Assembly: GCA_016219275.1 (NCBI GenBank)
Contig: JACRBM010000076.1
Location: forward strand, 18,255-50,254
Direction: 5' to 3'
Source of the DNA: Chloroflexota bacterium
GTDB taxonomy: Bacteria; Chloroflexota; Anaerolineae; UBA4142
Length of the DNA: 32,000 nt
Position numbers and translations under genes: made by a program
Notes under the pieces: model-generated
The model's database searches: none
Told to the model about the DNA's origin: nothing
What the model saw: the letters and a program-made list of their open reading frames with translations, nothing else
In this document: one piece after another, positions 1 through 10,259 of the stretch
Position numbering within the stretch: the first letter of the stretch is position 1
Layout: each line of letters begins with the position of its first letter

Positions 1-40
1 AGACAGAATCCAGGTTTCTTCGAGAAACCTGGATTCTGGT
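1..40. repeat. Palindromic intergenic hairpin (CAGAATCCAGGTTTCT / AGAAACCTGGATTCTG)
   Basis: Perfect 16-bp inverted repeat 4-19 / 23-38; same core as 6325-6351, 8506-8542 and 21036-21066. Confidence 0.8.
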
Positions 41-210
41 AAAGGTACTATTTGGCGCGCCTATCAATTTCCATGCAATCGGTAAATCAATTGGACAGCA
101 TCAATCCGCAGGTGCATCGTCAAACCGATGCAGATCAGCAGGATCACGACGACCAATCCAATCAGCGCCATTCGTTTCATTTTTGTTGCCTCCCTTCCCA
201 GTTTTTGAAT

Positions 211-254
211 CGGCGTCCGTAGGGGCGTTCAATTGAACGCCCCTACGGACGCCG
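211..254. repeat. 44-bp perfect palindrome downstream of the ABC permease gene
   Basis: cggcgtccgtaggggcgttcaa / ttgaacgcccctacggacgccg, no spacer. Confidence 0.85.
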
Positions 255-275
255 TAAATTGATTTTGGATTTGCG

Positions 276-2684
276 CTAGACGTATGCTAACGTTTCACGA
301 ATCGTCAGACGCGACGCGCTCCACGCGGGCAGCGCGCTCGCCAGAGCCGAACCACCCAGGACGATGCCCAACCAAAGGAACACGGCTAACGGCGACACAA
401 CGAGCGGCAGAGGCGTGCGAAAGGACATCTCGCCAATGACCGTGCCGACGAGCATCGAGAACGGCAGCGACAATCCAACCGCCAAGACCCAGCTCAGCAT
501 CCCAACAAATATCCCTTCGCTCGCGACGATGCGCAACACGGTGTTCGGGCGCGCGCCGATAGTTTGCAACACGCCAAACTCGCGCGTGCGTTCGACGACG
601 TTCGTGCTCATTGTCGCGGTCAGACCCAGCACGCCGACCACCGCCATGACCACCGCCATCACGATCAAGAGAAGAATCAGGATGACGATGTGTTCTCCAA
701 CCGCGGTTCGCAATTCTGTGTCGCTGATGATGAGCGACACGCTCACTCCCCCCTCTGTCAGCGCGCGCTCGACCGCGCGGATGACCTCGCCGCGCGCGGC
801 GGCATCGCGCCCCGCGACGACCACGCGCGCCGAACGCGCCAACCCAGGTTGTCCGACCGCACGCGCGAATGATTCGTCGGGCACATACGCCGCCGCGGGC
901 GAACCAATTTCGCGGACGATGCCGACGACGCGCCAGGTCGTCCGCTTGCTCTCAACTGACACCTCGATTCGGTCGCCGACTGCGACGCGCGGGAAAAACG
1001 GCAATGCCATGTGATTGAGCACGACCGCGTCCGAGTCGCCCGGTTCCAACCACCGCCCCGACAGGACCGGAAATTCGACGAGCTGAGTCTGCGGCGGCGC
1101 GGCGCGCATCACGAAACTACCGTGACCGCCGTCGGGATAGGTGTTCACCACGGCAATCTCGCCGAGCTTGGTAACGCTCGCCGGTGCGTAACCCCACGCT
1201 TCGACCGTTTGGACGCCTGGGACATTGCCAATCCGTTCAACCAGTTTGGATGCTGGCTCTGGACGCCCCAAGCGAATTTCGAGGTCATAATGCCGCGCGC
1301 CCATCCCGTCCGAGAGATTGCGTTCCCACGCGGCGGCGACATTCAGTGCGGTCATGAACATCGCGCCGCCCATCGCGAGCAAACCCAGCATCAACACCAG
1401 ACGCGCGCGTCGTCGAAATGTATTCCGCAGAGCCAGCAACAGCGTGCGATCCAGCCCGCGCAACGCGCCGAGGAAACCATCCATGCCGCGACCGAACGAT
1501 TCCTGCCGCACGCCATAATCGTTGATGGCTTCGTAAACCGTGATGCGACTTCCACGTAAGATCGGTCCCAGCGCGATGAGGAATGGGATGAGCAAGCCGG
1601 CTGCCGCTTGCGTCGCAAAGACCCACCAGGGAATATCCAAACTGCCGAAATTGAAATTCAGCAAGTCGCCGACGACTGTTGCAAACGCGCGTCCCACGAC
1701 GATGCTCGGCACAAATGCCACCGCGTATGCGACAACACTAATCGCGAGAATGAGCGCGATGTACAACATAGACACTTGATTGGTGCGCGCGCCGATTGTC
1801 TTCATCACGCCAATCTGGCGAATCTGTTGCGCCAGCAAACCGCCGATCATCGTCGCGACGAGAATCGCACTCAGTCCGAGCGACATCAAACTAAAAATCA
1901 ACAGCAAGGTCACAATCGCCATCGTCATGTTTTGATGGGGATGTCTACCCGGCGGCGGGATTTGGATTTCCTTCACGGTGTAACCCTGGGTCTGTAGCCA
2001 GGTCGCTAGCTCGCGCGCGGTTCGTTCAATCGCCATCGCGTTCAAGGGCTGTTCGCTCACGACGATTTTCAGTTCGTCGAGTTGCCCGCTCTCGCCCAAC
2101 CAGGCGAGCGTTTCCGGCGTGATATAGCCATAGCCCGAACGCTCCTGCCACGCGGGCGCGAGACCTGGGTCGTGCGTCAGCCCGACGACCGGCACTGCGC
2201 GGCGTTCGCCATTCGGCGTCTTGACGACCACCTCACCGCCGAGACGCGTATTGAGCATCGTCAAGGCGGACCGCTCGATCAGCATCGCGCCGGTCGGCGG
2301 CGGGAATGCGCCGGCTTCGGAGCGAAAGGTGCTGATCCGCATCGCGTTAAAATCGGGAACGACAAACAGCAACAAAGGTCGCCACTCGTCGGGTCCGACC
2401 TGGGCGCGCGCGAGAAGTGTGACCCGCGCCTCGGCGTCCGCGATCCCAGGACGTTGTCGCACCGCTCGTACCAAATCCGCATCCACGCGGTCGAGTTCCA
2501 AGGTCGCGGAAGCCGGATTGGTGCCCATGTAATTGCGCGTGGTTTCGCGATCCAGAATCGCGTATGCGCTCAACACCATGCCGACGCCAAAGAGACTGAC
2601 CGCGATAGCAAGCGCCATCATCGTGGTGCGCCCGCGTGCGAGCCAAAGATCGCGCAACAATTTCGTCCAACGCGGGTTAGCCAT
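276..2684 (-). CDS. ABC transporter permease, FtsX/MacB-like (two FtsX-type membrane modules)
   Basis: ORF 276..2708; likely start [14 protein letters not shown] at 2684; N-terminal TM, large extracytoplasmic domain, TM blocks, C-terminal FtsX-like segment ([25 protein letters not shown]). Confidence 0.85.
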   Translation of the reverse strand: MANPRWTKLLRDLWLARGRTTMMALAIAVSLFGVGMVLSAYAILDRETTRNYMGTNPASATLELDRVDADLVRAVRQRPGIADAEARVTLLARAQVGPDEWRPLLLFVVPDFNAMRISTFRSEAGAFPPPTGAMLIERSALTMLNTRLGGEVVVKTPNGERRAVPVVGLTHDPGLAPAWQERSGYGYITPETLAWLGESGQLDELKIVVSEQPLNAMAIERTARELATWLQTQGYTVKEIQIPPPGRHPHQNMTMAIVTLLLIFSLMSLGLSAILVATMIGGLLAQQIRQIGVMKTIGARTNQVSMLYIALILAISVVAYAVAFVPSIVVGRAFATVVGDLLNFNFGSLDIPWWVFATQAAAGLLIPFLIALGPILRGSRITVYEAINDYGVRQESFGRGMDGFLGALRGLDRTLLLALRNTFRRRARLVLMLGLLAMGGAMFMTALNVAAAWERNLSDGMGARHYDLEIRLGRPEPASKLVERIGNVPGVQTVEAWGYAPASVTKLGEIAVVNTYPDGGHGSFVMRAAPPQTQLVEFPVLSGRWLEPGDSDAVVLNHMALPFFPRVAVGDRIEVSVESKRTTWRVVGIVREIGSPAAAYVPDESFARAVGQPGLARSARVVVAGRDAAARGEVIRAVERALTEGGVSVSLIISDTELRTAVGEHIVILILLLIVMAVVMAVVGVLGLTATMSTNVVERTREFGVLQTIGARPNTVLRIVASEGIFVGMLSWVLAVGLSLPFSMLVGTVIGEMSFRTPLPLVVSPLAVFLWLGIVLGGSALASALPAWSASRLTIRETLAYV

Positions 2685-3414
2685 GAGACACCTCCGGCGA
2701 TTTCGCAAGCGCGCCGTTGACGATTGCGCCGTCGGCGAGCGCGACAGTACGCGTGACCCAGCGCGCGATATCGCGTTCGTGTGTCACCATCACCACCGTT
2801 TTGCCCGCCGCGACGAAATCTTTGAATAGTTGAAACACCGCGTCCGCGGTGCGTGAATCGAGATTGCCGGTCGGTTCATCGGCGAGGATGATCGCCGGGT
2901 CGTTTGCCAACGCGCGCGCAATCGCGGCGCGTTGTTGCTCGCCGCCCGAAAGCGTCGCCGGCAATTTGTTCGCCTGCTCCGCGACGCCGACCTGTTCGAG
3001 CAGTTGCCGCGCGCGCGCGTAGCGTTCGCGCGCCGGAAACGTGTTGCAGAAATCCATCGGCAGTATGACGTTTTCGATCACCGTCAGCGTGGGCAAGAGT
3101 TGAAAGAACTGAAAGACGACACCGACGTTGCGCCCACGCCACAGCGCGATTTGATCCTGGTTCAACGCGTGCACCGCGGTGCTGCCAACCATGATCTCAC
3201 CCGCCGTCGGGCGATCAATCCCCGCGAGCAGATTGAGCAACGTGGACTTGCCGCTGCCGGATTTGCCGACAACGGCGACGAATTCGCCCTGGTTCACCCG
3301 CAGGTCAATTTGCTTGAGCGCGGTGAACGCGTTCGCCGCGCCCTGGAATGTTTTGGTCACGCCGCGCAACTCAACGAGCGTACCGTTGCGCGTGTCCGAC
3401 CCTCGGCTAGACAT
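2677..3414 (-). CDS. ABC transporter ATP-binding protein, LolD/MacB type
   Basis: Walker [10 protein letters not shown], signature LSGGEQQR, Walker [12 protein letters not shown]; start MSSRGSD at 3414 with upstream GGAGG; overlaps the permease start by 8 nt. Confidence 0.92.
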   Translation of the reverse strand: MSSRGSDTRNGTLVELRGVTKTFQGAANAFTALKQIDLRVNQGEFVAVVGKSGSGKSTLLNLLAGIDRPTAGEIMVGSTAVHALNQDQIALWRGRNVGVVFQFFQLLPTLTVIENVILPMDFCNTFPARERYARARQLLEQVGVAEQANKLPATLSGGEQQRAAIARALANDPAIILADEPTGNLDSRTADAVFQLFKDFVAAGKTVVMVTHERDIARWVTRTVALADGAIVNGALAKSPEVSHG

Positions 3415-3426
3415 TTCGTCCTCCCC

Positions 3427-3454
3427 TTGACTTTTCTTTTTTCTGTCGTATAAT
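3427..3454 (+). promoter_or_regulatory. Candidate sigma70-like promoter of the tetR-family gene
   Basis: TTGACT (3427-3432), 16-nt spacer, TATAAT (3449-3454). Confidence 0.5.
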
Positions 3455-3475
3455 GTGTTCGATAATGAACACATT
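3452..3475. promoter_or_regulatory. Candidate TetR-family operator
   Basis: Perfect inverted repeat AATGTGTTC-gataat-GAACACATT between divergent tetR-family and ABC genes. Confidence 0.6.
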
Positions 3476-3585
3476 GTTCGATTTCAGTATACGGACTAGG
3501 TGCGGCTTGTCAACAACCAATTTGTCGAAAATGTCCGGTACAGAACAACGCGCGGCAAATTGTTCGAAAACGGGAGGCGAGGCAA

Positions 3586-4197
3586 ATGAAAAAGGCAAAA
3601 GTGGATCGGCGGGTTCAGCGGACGCGCCATCTATTGGACGACGCGCTGATGGAATTGATTTTGGAAAAGGGGTACGAAGCGGTCACGGTGCAGGATATTC
3701 TCGACCGCGCGAACCTGGGACGCTCGACGTTTTACGCGCACTATCGCGACAAGGATGAGTTGTTGTTCAGTGGATTCGAGCGATTGCGCGAATCCTTGGA
3801 AGCGCGCCGAACACTGACCGCGCCGAAAAAGGGCGTCGCGTCCGCCGAGGTGTTCGATCCGAGTCTGGCATTTTTCCGGCACGCGGGCGAACAGCATCGT
3901 CTTTACAAAGCGATGGTGGGGAAGAAGAGTGGGGAGATGGTTCTCCAGCATCTGCACAAGTATCTGCGCGGCGTGATTCGCGAGCATTTGTTGGCAAACG
4001 TGGTGGACGAAAAACGCCTCGCCGTGCCGCTGGACATCCTGGTCGAGTTTGGCGTCAGTTCGTTCCTCGCGCTGTTGGTGTGGTGGTTGGAACACAAGAT
4101 GCCGTATTCGCCAGATGAAATGGATGCGATGTTCAAACGCTTGACGATGCCTGGCTTTGAAGCCGCGATGAGCGAGGCAACCTCGGCACGCCGTTGA
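3586..4197 (+). CDS. TetR/AcrR-family transcriptional regulator
   Basis: N-terminal HTH (RTRHLLDDALMELILEKGYEAVTVQDILDRANLGRSTFYAHYRDKDEL); GGGAGG upstream. Confidence 0.92.
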   Translation: MKKAKVDRRVQRTRHLLDDALMELILEKGYEAVTVQDILDRANLGRSTFYAHYRDKDELLFSGFERLRESLEARRTLTAPKKGVASAEVFDPSLAFFRHAGEQHRLYKAMVGKKSGEMVLQHLHKYLRGVIREHLLANVVDEKRLAVPLDILVEFGVSSFLALLVWWLEHKMPYSPDEMDAMFKRLTMPGFEAAMSEATSARR

Positions 4198-4220
4198 GTA
4201 TTGTGTTCAGCCGCAAATAA

Positions 4221-4265
4221 AACTACAAAGGCAATTCTCGATTGTCGAGAATCGCCTTTGCAGTT
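4221..4265. terminator. Hairpin between convergent genes, possible bidirectional terminator
   Basis: aactacaaaggcaattctcga ttg tcgagaatcgcctttgcagtt, long stem with few mismatches. Confidence 0.6.
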
Positions 4266-4291
4266 GAGCGCGTCAAGAATTGCAATGGTCG

Positions 4292-5311
4292 TCAGATTGA
4301 ATTCTGTTCCAACGCAAGCCGCGCGGATTGTCGCCGGATCAGTGTCCCAGGTATCAGGTGTTGCGCCGGCGCGATGTCTGCGCCGCCAATGCGCGCGTCG
4401 AGCAATTCAAGCGTGCGGTCAACCATTTGATCAATCGGTTGTTGGATCGTCGTAAGCGAGTAGGGTTGCCAGCTTGCCGCCGGGATATTATCGAAACCGA
4501 TGATCGAAAGTTGTTCGGGGACCCTTATCCTCAGTTCACGCGCGGCATCGAGCGCACCCATCGCCATGCTATCGTTCGCGCAAAAGATCGCGTCAGGAGG
4601 ATCATCGCGTTGCAACAATCGCCGCGCGGCGGCATAGCCCGAATCGTACGTGTACTCGCCCAGCTCGCGCAACCATGCGATTTGATTGCGCTCGCGCAGT
4701 CGGTCGCCAAAACCTTTTTCGCGATCCAGGTTGGTCGAAGTGTTTTGCCAGCCGGCGACGTAGGCAAGCCGCGTATGCCGGGCATCCAAGAAAAGATCGG
4801 CGACCAGGCGTCCGCCCGCGACATTATCACAACTCACTGCGCTCGCGTTCGCTCCTGGCACGTACCGATTGACCAAGATCACCGGCGTGCCGCGTCGCGC
4901 GCACTCGTTTGCCATTTCCGACGAGATCGTCGCCGACGTGATGATGATCGCGTCCACCTGATACTGGAGTAGAAACGGCAGCGCATCGTCCACCTCGCGA
5001 TCCGCCGTCACGTTGAACAAGAGCACGTGTCTGCCGGTGGACTGCAAGCGTTGCGTCAGTTGCTCCAACAGGATGGGTATGAATGGATTGGTCATATCCG
5101 CCATCACAATCCCCACGATGTCGGTGCGTTGCCGACTCAAACTGCGCGCGATGGCGTTCGGTTTGTAGCCCAACTTGCGCGCGACCTGCAAAACCTTGTC
5201 TCTGGTTTTCAGAGTGACGGCATTGCTATCGCTGAACACGCGCGAGACCGTAGATTGAGAAACCCCCGCCACGCGTGCGACATCAATGGACGAGACTTGC
5301 CGGAGAGACAT
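4292..5311 (-). CDS. LacI-family transcriptional regulator
   Basis: N-terminal HTH SSIDVARVAGVSQSTVSRVFSDSNAVTLKTRDKVLQVARKLGYKPN and periplasmic-binding-like sensor domain. Confidence 0.93.
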   Translation of the reverse strand: MSLRQVSSIDVARVAGVSQSTVSRVFSDSNAVTLKTRDKVLQVARKLGYKPNAIARSLSRQRTDIVGIVMADMTNPFIPILLEQLTQRLQSTGRHVLLFNVTADREVDDALPFLLQYQVDAIIITSATISSEMANECARRGTPVILVNRYVPGANASAVSCDNVAGGRLVADLFLDARHTRLAYVAGWQNTSTNLDREKGFGDRLRERNQIAWLRELGEYTYDSGYAAARRLLQRDDPPDAIFCANDSMAMGALDAARELRIRVPEQLSIIGFDNIPAASWQPYSLTTIQQPIDQMVDRTLELLDARIGGADIAPAQHLIPGTLIRRQSARLALEQNSI

Positions 5312-5323
5312 GCCGACCTCCGC

Positions 5324-6301
5324 TCAATGATCGAACCGAATCTCTAGCCGGTCCGTCGCGGGCGGCGGCTCAATGGACAACGCCGAAATTTCGGCGCGCC
5401 ATTCGGGCGTCATCTTGACCTCGCGCGCGGCAAGCGAAGCTTCTAATTGCGCCACGTTTCGCGCGCCGATGATCGGCGCAGTGACAGCAGGATGCGCCAT
5501 GACCCAGGCGACCGCGAGCGTCGCCGGCGCGATACCGTGTTCTTGCGCGTGAGCAGTCACGCGCTCGGCAATCGCATAGTACTCCGGCGGACTGTAGCGT
5601 TGGGCATATTTACGATTGTTGACCACGCGCCCCTGTTCCGGTTTGTGCATTGTGTCGTATTTCCCAGTGAGCAAGCCAGCCCCGAGTGGGCTGTACGCGA
5701 TGACGCCCATTTGCTCCGACTCGGCGAGCGGCAGGATCTCGACTTCGGCTTGGCGCTTGACCAGGTTGTACATGGGCTGGATGCATTCAAAGCGCGCGAG
5801 CATTTCTTTCGCGGAGATGCCCAGCGCCTTGGCGATCTGCCATGCCGACCAGTTGCTCACTGCGGGATAGAGAATTTTTCCTTGATGCACCAGGTCGTCC
5901 ATCGCGCGCAAGGATTCTTCGATGGGTGTTAGTGAATCAAAGCTATGGGCAAAGTACAAATCCAAGCGATCCGTCTTGAGACGACGCAGACTCGCTTCGA
6001 CCGCTTGCGTGATGTGGCGACGCGACAAGCCCTGCGCGTTCACATCGTCGCCGACCGCACTGCGAACTTTGGACGAGAGCACGATTTCATCGCGACAACC
6101 GGCGAGCAACCTGCCGAGAATGTCTTCCGAGCGTCCTTGGTTGTAGACATTCGCCGTGTCGAAAAAGTTGATACCCGCCTCGCGGCAACGTTTGAACATC
6201 GCCGCCGAGGTTTGCTCGTCCGCGTCGCCGCCAAACGACATCGTGCCCATGCACAAGCAAGACACGCGTACGCCGGTTTGTCCTAGTATGCGATACTCCA
6301 T
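5324..6301 (-). CDS. Aldo/keto reductase
   Basis: MEYRILGQTGVRVSCLCMGTMSFGG, NVYNQGRSEDILG, LKTDRLDLYFAHSFD; start chosen at 6301 rather than the longer ORF start at 6424. Confidence 0.9.
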   Translation of the reverse strand: MEYRILGQTGVRVSCLCMGTMSFGGDADEQTSAAMFKRCREAGINFFDTANVYNQGRSEDILGRLLAGCRDEIVLSSKVRSAVGDDVNAQGLSRRHITQAVEASLRRLKTDRLDLYFAHSFDSLTPIEESLRAMDDLVHQGKILYPAVSNWSAWQIAKALGISAKEMLARFECIQPMYNLVKRQAEVEILPLAESEQMGVIAYSPLGAGLLTGKYDTMHKPEQGRVVNNRKYAQRYSPPEYYAIAERVTAHAQEHGIAPATLAVAWVMAHPAVTAPIIGARNVAQLEASLAAREVKMTPEWRAEISALSIEPPPATDRLEIRFDH

Positions 6302-6324
6302 TTTTCCTTTCCTCATTGGATAGA

Positions 6325-6351
6325 GTCCAGGTTTCTCAAAGAAACCTGGAC
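6325..6351. repeat. Intergenic hairpin, GAAACCTGG family
   Basis: gtccaggtttc tcaaa gaaacctggac. Confidence 0.8.
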
Positions 6352-6357
6352 GCTTAC

Positions 6358-7083
6358 TCAAAATTGAAAACGAATGCCGGCTTTCACGATAATGACGCGC
6401 GTCGCCAACCGTAACTCGCGACACGCATCTACAAAATCCTGGGGATGGGCATTGTTGTTGCGAAACATGCCATAGTGCATTGGGATCACGGCGCGGGGTT
6501 GCACTGCCTGGGTGAACAACGCTGCCTCGCGCGCATTCATGTTACCGAAACGACCATTGAACGGAACCACCAACAGATCGGGACGCAAATCGCGCGCGGC
6601 TTGCAGCAACGGCTCGGCGTACTCCGAGTCGCCGACCTGGTAGATTCTCAAGCCATCGGCTTCCAATAGAACGCCAATCGCATCGCGTTTGTCGCGCGAA
6701 TCATGCTCCGCGTACAACGCGGTCAGCTTGATACCGGCAATGTCCAACGACTCGCCGCGATCCAAACGCACAAAGCGCCACGCCGGCATTTCCATCGCGC
6801 GCCAATGCTCGCGGCACGACGACGGTCCGACGAATATCGTTTCGGATTGCTCTGCCATTGGACGCAACGTGTGTTCGTCAAAGTGATCGGTGTGATCGTG
6901 CGTGGTGACGACGATGTCGGCGCACACCTGGGACGGCGGTACGACGACAGGCATCAATCGTTCCCGCGTCTTGCCGCTCGACGTGGCATACGAAAGATAG
7001 GGATCAATGCAAACGACGATACCTTGGGGAAAGCGATAGATAAAGCCGGCTTGACCCAGCCATTGGATTTCGAGATTTGACAT
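6358..7083 (-). CDS. MBL-fold metallo-hydrolase, UlaG-like
   Basis: TTHDHTDHFDEHT, VYQVGDSEY, VIPMHYGMF; start overlaps the upstream gene's stop codon by 1 nt. Confidence 0.85.
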   Translation of the reverse strand: MSNLEIQWLGQAGFIYRFPQGIVVCIDPYLSYATSSGKTRERLMPVVVPPSQVCADIVVTTHDHTDHFDEHTLRPMAEQSETIFVGPSSCREHWRAMEMPAWRFVRLDRGESLDIAGIKLTALYAEHDSRDKRDAIGVLLEADGLRIYQVGDSEYAEPLLQAARDLRPDLLVVPFNGRFGNMNAREAALFTQAVQPRAVIPMHYGMFRNNNAHPQDFVDACRELRLATRVIIVKAGIRFQF

Positions 7084-8462
7084 TATGACTTGACTCGCGA
7101 TGCGGTCGAACGTTTGAGTAGCAGAGAATCAATCGGCTCGCATGGATCCGGCATCGGCGTATAGTCCGGCTCGTCCAGACTCCGCACGAGATCATCAACC
7201 TGGATACGCGCGCCGCGCGCAATCGAATGGTTGGCGGCGATGCCGGTCAGGATTGACCACGCGCCGGCGCGTTGATCCGCCGCGCGCTTGAACGCGTCCT
7301 GGGATGAATCCGGATCGAAGAGGTCTTTCAAGAGGAGCGGATCGGCTCCGCCATGCCCGCCACTAGTCTGGCGAATTTCGACTTCGTAGCCGGATTGAAA
7401 ATGCGGGAACACCTTGATCTTGGTTCCTTCAGAAATCAATTCGCCGGGCATCGAGCCGTCGCCGCTGATGTAGACACTTTCTTGGCAGGAATGTTCGAGG
7501 CGTCCCTGGGTGCCGTTGAACGCGACGACGTATCCTTCCCAGGGCATAAACGAGTGGAGCGAATAACTCATCAGCGCGCCATTGCGATAGCCCACGTTGA
7601 CGTGGATCGTATCTTCGATGTCAATCTGGTCGCTGAACACACAGCGGTCGCGATAGTACTCATCGAACTTTTCATTATCGAGGTATATGCTCTTGAGATC
7701 AGGATACTCTTCCAAATCTAAATAGAACGGACACCTGGATGCTTCAAGACAGCCGTGACAACGTTCGCCGCGGTAGGTCAAACCATATCGCTCGGCGGTT
7801 GCGGGGCGATAGAAATTGCGCGCGCCGGTCGCATAGACCGTCTGCGGCACCGTAGATAACCACCAGTTCACCAGGTCGAAATGATGCGTCGCCTTGTGCA
7901 CGAGCAAGCCGCCCGAGTTGCGCTTGTTGCGATGCCAGCGCCGGAAATAGTCTGCGCCGTGACGCGTGTCAAGCAACCAATGAAAATCAACCGCGACCAC
8001 GTTGCCGATCACTCCCGACATCAACAGTTCCTTGACCTGGGTGCGCGGCATGGCATAGCGATAGTTGAAAGCGACCGTGCACTTGCGCCCGGTCTTTTTC
8101 TGCGTATCCAGGATGCGTTGGCATTTCACTTCGTCCGTCGTCATCGGCTTTTCGGTGATGACATCGCAACCCAGTTCCATCGCGCGGCAAATGTACGCGT
8201 CGTGCGTCGAGTCCATCGTCGTCACGATCACCACGTCCGGCTTGGTCTCTGCAATCATCCGCTCGAACTGGTCCGCCGGATAGGTCTTGACCGCAACGCC
8301 GCGCTCGCGCACCCAATCAGCGCGCAAGCGCAAACGTCCCTCGTTCGTATCGCCCAGTGCAACCAAATCGCTGGTATCGCGAAAGCGTTCGACGGCGGCT
8401 TCGGAGTACATCAATGAACGATGTCCGACACCTACCTGCGCGTACCGTTTCTTTGTTGTCAT
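7083..8462 (-). CDS. Gfo/Idh/MocA-family oxidoreductase
   Basis: N-terminal Rossmann region, VVIVTTMDSTHDAYICRAMELGCDVITEKPMTTD, HKATHHFDLVNWWL. Confidence 0.9.
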   Translation of the reverse strand: MTTKKRYAQVGVGHRSLMYSEAAVERFRDTSDLVALGDTNEGRLRLRADWVRERGVAVKTYPADQFERMIAETKPDVVIVTTMDSTHDAYICRAMELGCDVITEKPMTTDEVKCQRILDTQKKTGRKCTVAFNYRYAMPRTQVKELLMSGVIGNVVAVDFHWLLDTRHGADYFRRWHRNKRNSGGLLVHKATHHFDLVNWWLSTVPQTVYATGARNFYRPATAERYGLTYRGERCHGCLEASRCPFYLDLEEYPDLKSIYLDNEKFDEYYRDRCVFSDQIDIEDTIHVNVGYRNGALMSYSLHSFMPWEGYVVAFNGTQGRLEHSCQESVYISGDGSMPGELISEGTKIKVFPHFQSGYEVEIRQTSGGHGGADPLLLKDLFDPDSSQDAFKRAADQRAGAWSILTGIAANHSIARGARIQVDDLVRSLDEPDYTPMPDPCEPIDSLLLKRSTASRVKS

Positions 8463-8505
8463 ATTTTCCTCGCAATGTTTGATTTCACGTGAAAGGTTGC
8501 GTGTA

Positions 8506-8542
8506 CCAGAATCCAGGTTTCTTCAAGAAACCTGGATTCTGG
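8506..8542. repeat. Intergenic hairpin, GAAACCTGG family
   Basis: ccagaatccaggtttctt c aagaaacctggattctgg, perfect 18-bp stem. Confidence 0.85.
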
Positions 8543-8543
8543 C

Positions 8544-9455
8544 TTACTTGCCCGGCGTGACGCCGATTGCATCAAGCCGTCGCTTCGCTTCCGTGTAGGT
8601 CGCGTCGGGTAGTTTGCCTTTAGAAGCGGCAGCAATGTTTGCGTTCAGATGATCCGGATTTTTGGTTCCAATAATCATCGTGCTCATGCCGGGATGATTC
8701 AACGCAAACTGAATGAGAAAACCGTCCATGCTTTCATTGTCCGTGCACAATTCGTTCAGTTTCGCCTGAGCGAACAACGCGGCATAATTATCGTGGTACT
8801 TTTTCACGACGCCGCGCACAACCATACCGATGCCTTGTTCGGCGGCTTGCGCGATGAGCGTTTCGCTTTTCCGCGCAAGCCCGCCATAGACGATCTGCAT
8901 GATGTCGAAAACGCCCCACGCTGCGAATTCACGCAGGTACTTGAAGCCATAGCCGTCTGGGTACAACTCGTCGCCCTGCCGGCCGTTCATAAAACTGATG
9001 CCGACGGCGCGAACCTTGCCTTGCTGTTTCAACTCGATCATCGTCTCGATGATCTCGCCGCCCTTGCCGCCGATCAACTCTTCGGGTTTGGGTCCGTGAA
9101 GTTGCCACACATCCAAGTGATCGGTCTTGAGTCGTCTCAAACTGTTTTCGATATTCTTTAGTATTTGTGGACGATTCCAGATATGCCGTGGCTCTTGCGT
9201 CTGTCCCGCCGAATCAATATTACAGCCGCACTTGCTCGCCAGATAGAACTCATGACGGCGATGCGCGATGACGTTGCCGATGTAATCTTCGCTGACGCCA
9301 TAATCCGGCGACGTGTCAATGTAATTGACTCCGCCGTCAAGCAACGCATTGAGCACACGCGCCGCGTCTGGTTCATTCAAGTGTCGCAATTCCATCGCGC
9401 CGTACCCCAGCGTCGTCACTGCGAAACCGGTCCGACCCAGGTTCCTTTTCTCCAT
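8544..9455 (-). CDS. Aldo/keto reductase
   Basis: MEKRNLGRTGFAVTTLGYGAMELR, YIDTSPDYGVSEDYIG, LKTDHLDVWQLHG; start at 9455. Confidence 0.88.
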   Translation of the reverse strand: MEKRNLGRTGFAVTTLGYGAMELRHLNEPDAARVLNALLDGGVNYIDTSPDYGVSEDYIGNVIAHRRHEFYLASKCGCNIDSAGQTQEPRHIWNRPQILKNIENSLRRLKTDHLDVWQLHGPKPEELIGGKGGEIIETMIELKQQGKVRAVGISFMNGRQGDELYPDGYGFKYLREFAAWGVFDIMQIVYGGLARKSETLIAQAAEQGIGMVVRGVVKKYHDNYAALFAQAKLNELCTDNESMDGFLIQFALNHPGMSTMIIGTKNPDHLNANIAAASKGKLPDATYTEAKRRLDAIGVTPGK

Positions 9456-9608
9456 GCTGCTGCCTCCGCGTACAAAGTTGAGATTAGTCACCACAGTATT
9501 ATTTGGACGCGGATGAACGCGGATCGTTTTTATATCCGCGCAAATCCGCGTTCATCCGCGTCCAGAAATCTTTGCGCCTATCCTGGTTCTACTGTAGGAA
9601 TACTCCAA

Positions 9609-10001
9609 TCACGTGATGCTCAACGCGTCGGCAATGATGTGGCTGATGGTATGTTCTCTTTCTGCCAGATTCGCGAGGTCGTCCATCGTTTTTGCCGCGT
9701 CCACCGCGCGCGCCAGTTCTGCTAGTTCGGCAAAGCCGGGGAGTGTGTTGAAATTATTATTCTCCATCGCGACCAAGACGCGCTTGATGCGCTTCGCCAA
9801 TCGTTCGCGGAAAAAAGGGAGATGCCGCGCGTCCAACGCGCTCGCGCGCCACGCAGGTTCGAACTCGTGAAACGCCGTGCACATCTTTTGTTCGAGCACG
9901 ATGATCATGCCCTTGGCTGAATCGCCGGTGGCGAGTATCTGCGCCCACTGCAATTCTTCCGCGCGTCCGTGCGGACTCGTTTCAGTCGTTTGGTATTCCA
10001 T
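9609..10001 (-). CDS. Hypothetical protein, about 130 aa
   Basis: ORF with GGAGGAACAG-ATG start; C-terminus AELARAVDAAKTMDDLANLAEREHTISHIIADALSIT; no recognised family. Confidence 0.55.
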   Translation of the reverse strand: MEYQTTETSPHGRAEELQWAQILATGDSAKGMIIVLEQKMCTAFHEFEPAWRASALDARHLPFFRERLAKRIKRVLVAMENNNFNTLPGFAELAELARAVDAAKTMDDLANLAEREHTISHIIADALSIT

Positions 10002-10259
10002 CTGTTCCTCCATGCCAGCCGGTCTGGGAACCAGTCCCGTTTTGACACAACATCGAGTTTCATTATAATCGAAATGAATACGTATGCAAATCTTTGCGCT
10101 AAAATTCGTTTCTGTTTTGCTTGGGGCGCATTCGCGGCGTAGATCGGGCAAATCCGGTGTGGTTCATTCCCAAAGTAGCATATCAACCAGCGAACAATAA
10201 GGCGCGCGGCGAACCGAGAAGCAAGTTTTCAACTTGTCCAACAGTTTCAGGAGAATGTA

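Noticed and set aside
2082-2720. 212-aa plus-strand ORF opposite the ABC permease
   Set aside because: Antisense shadow, no recognisable domain, and the permease frame is well supported.
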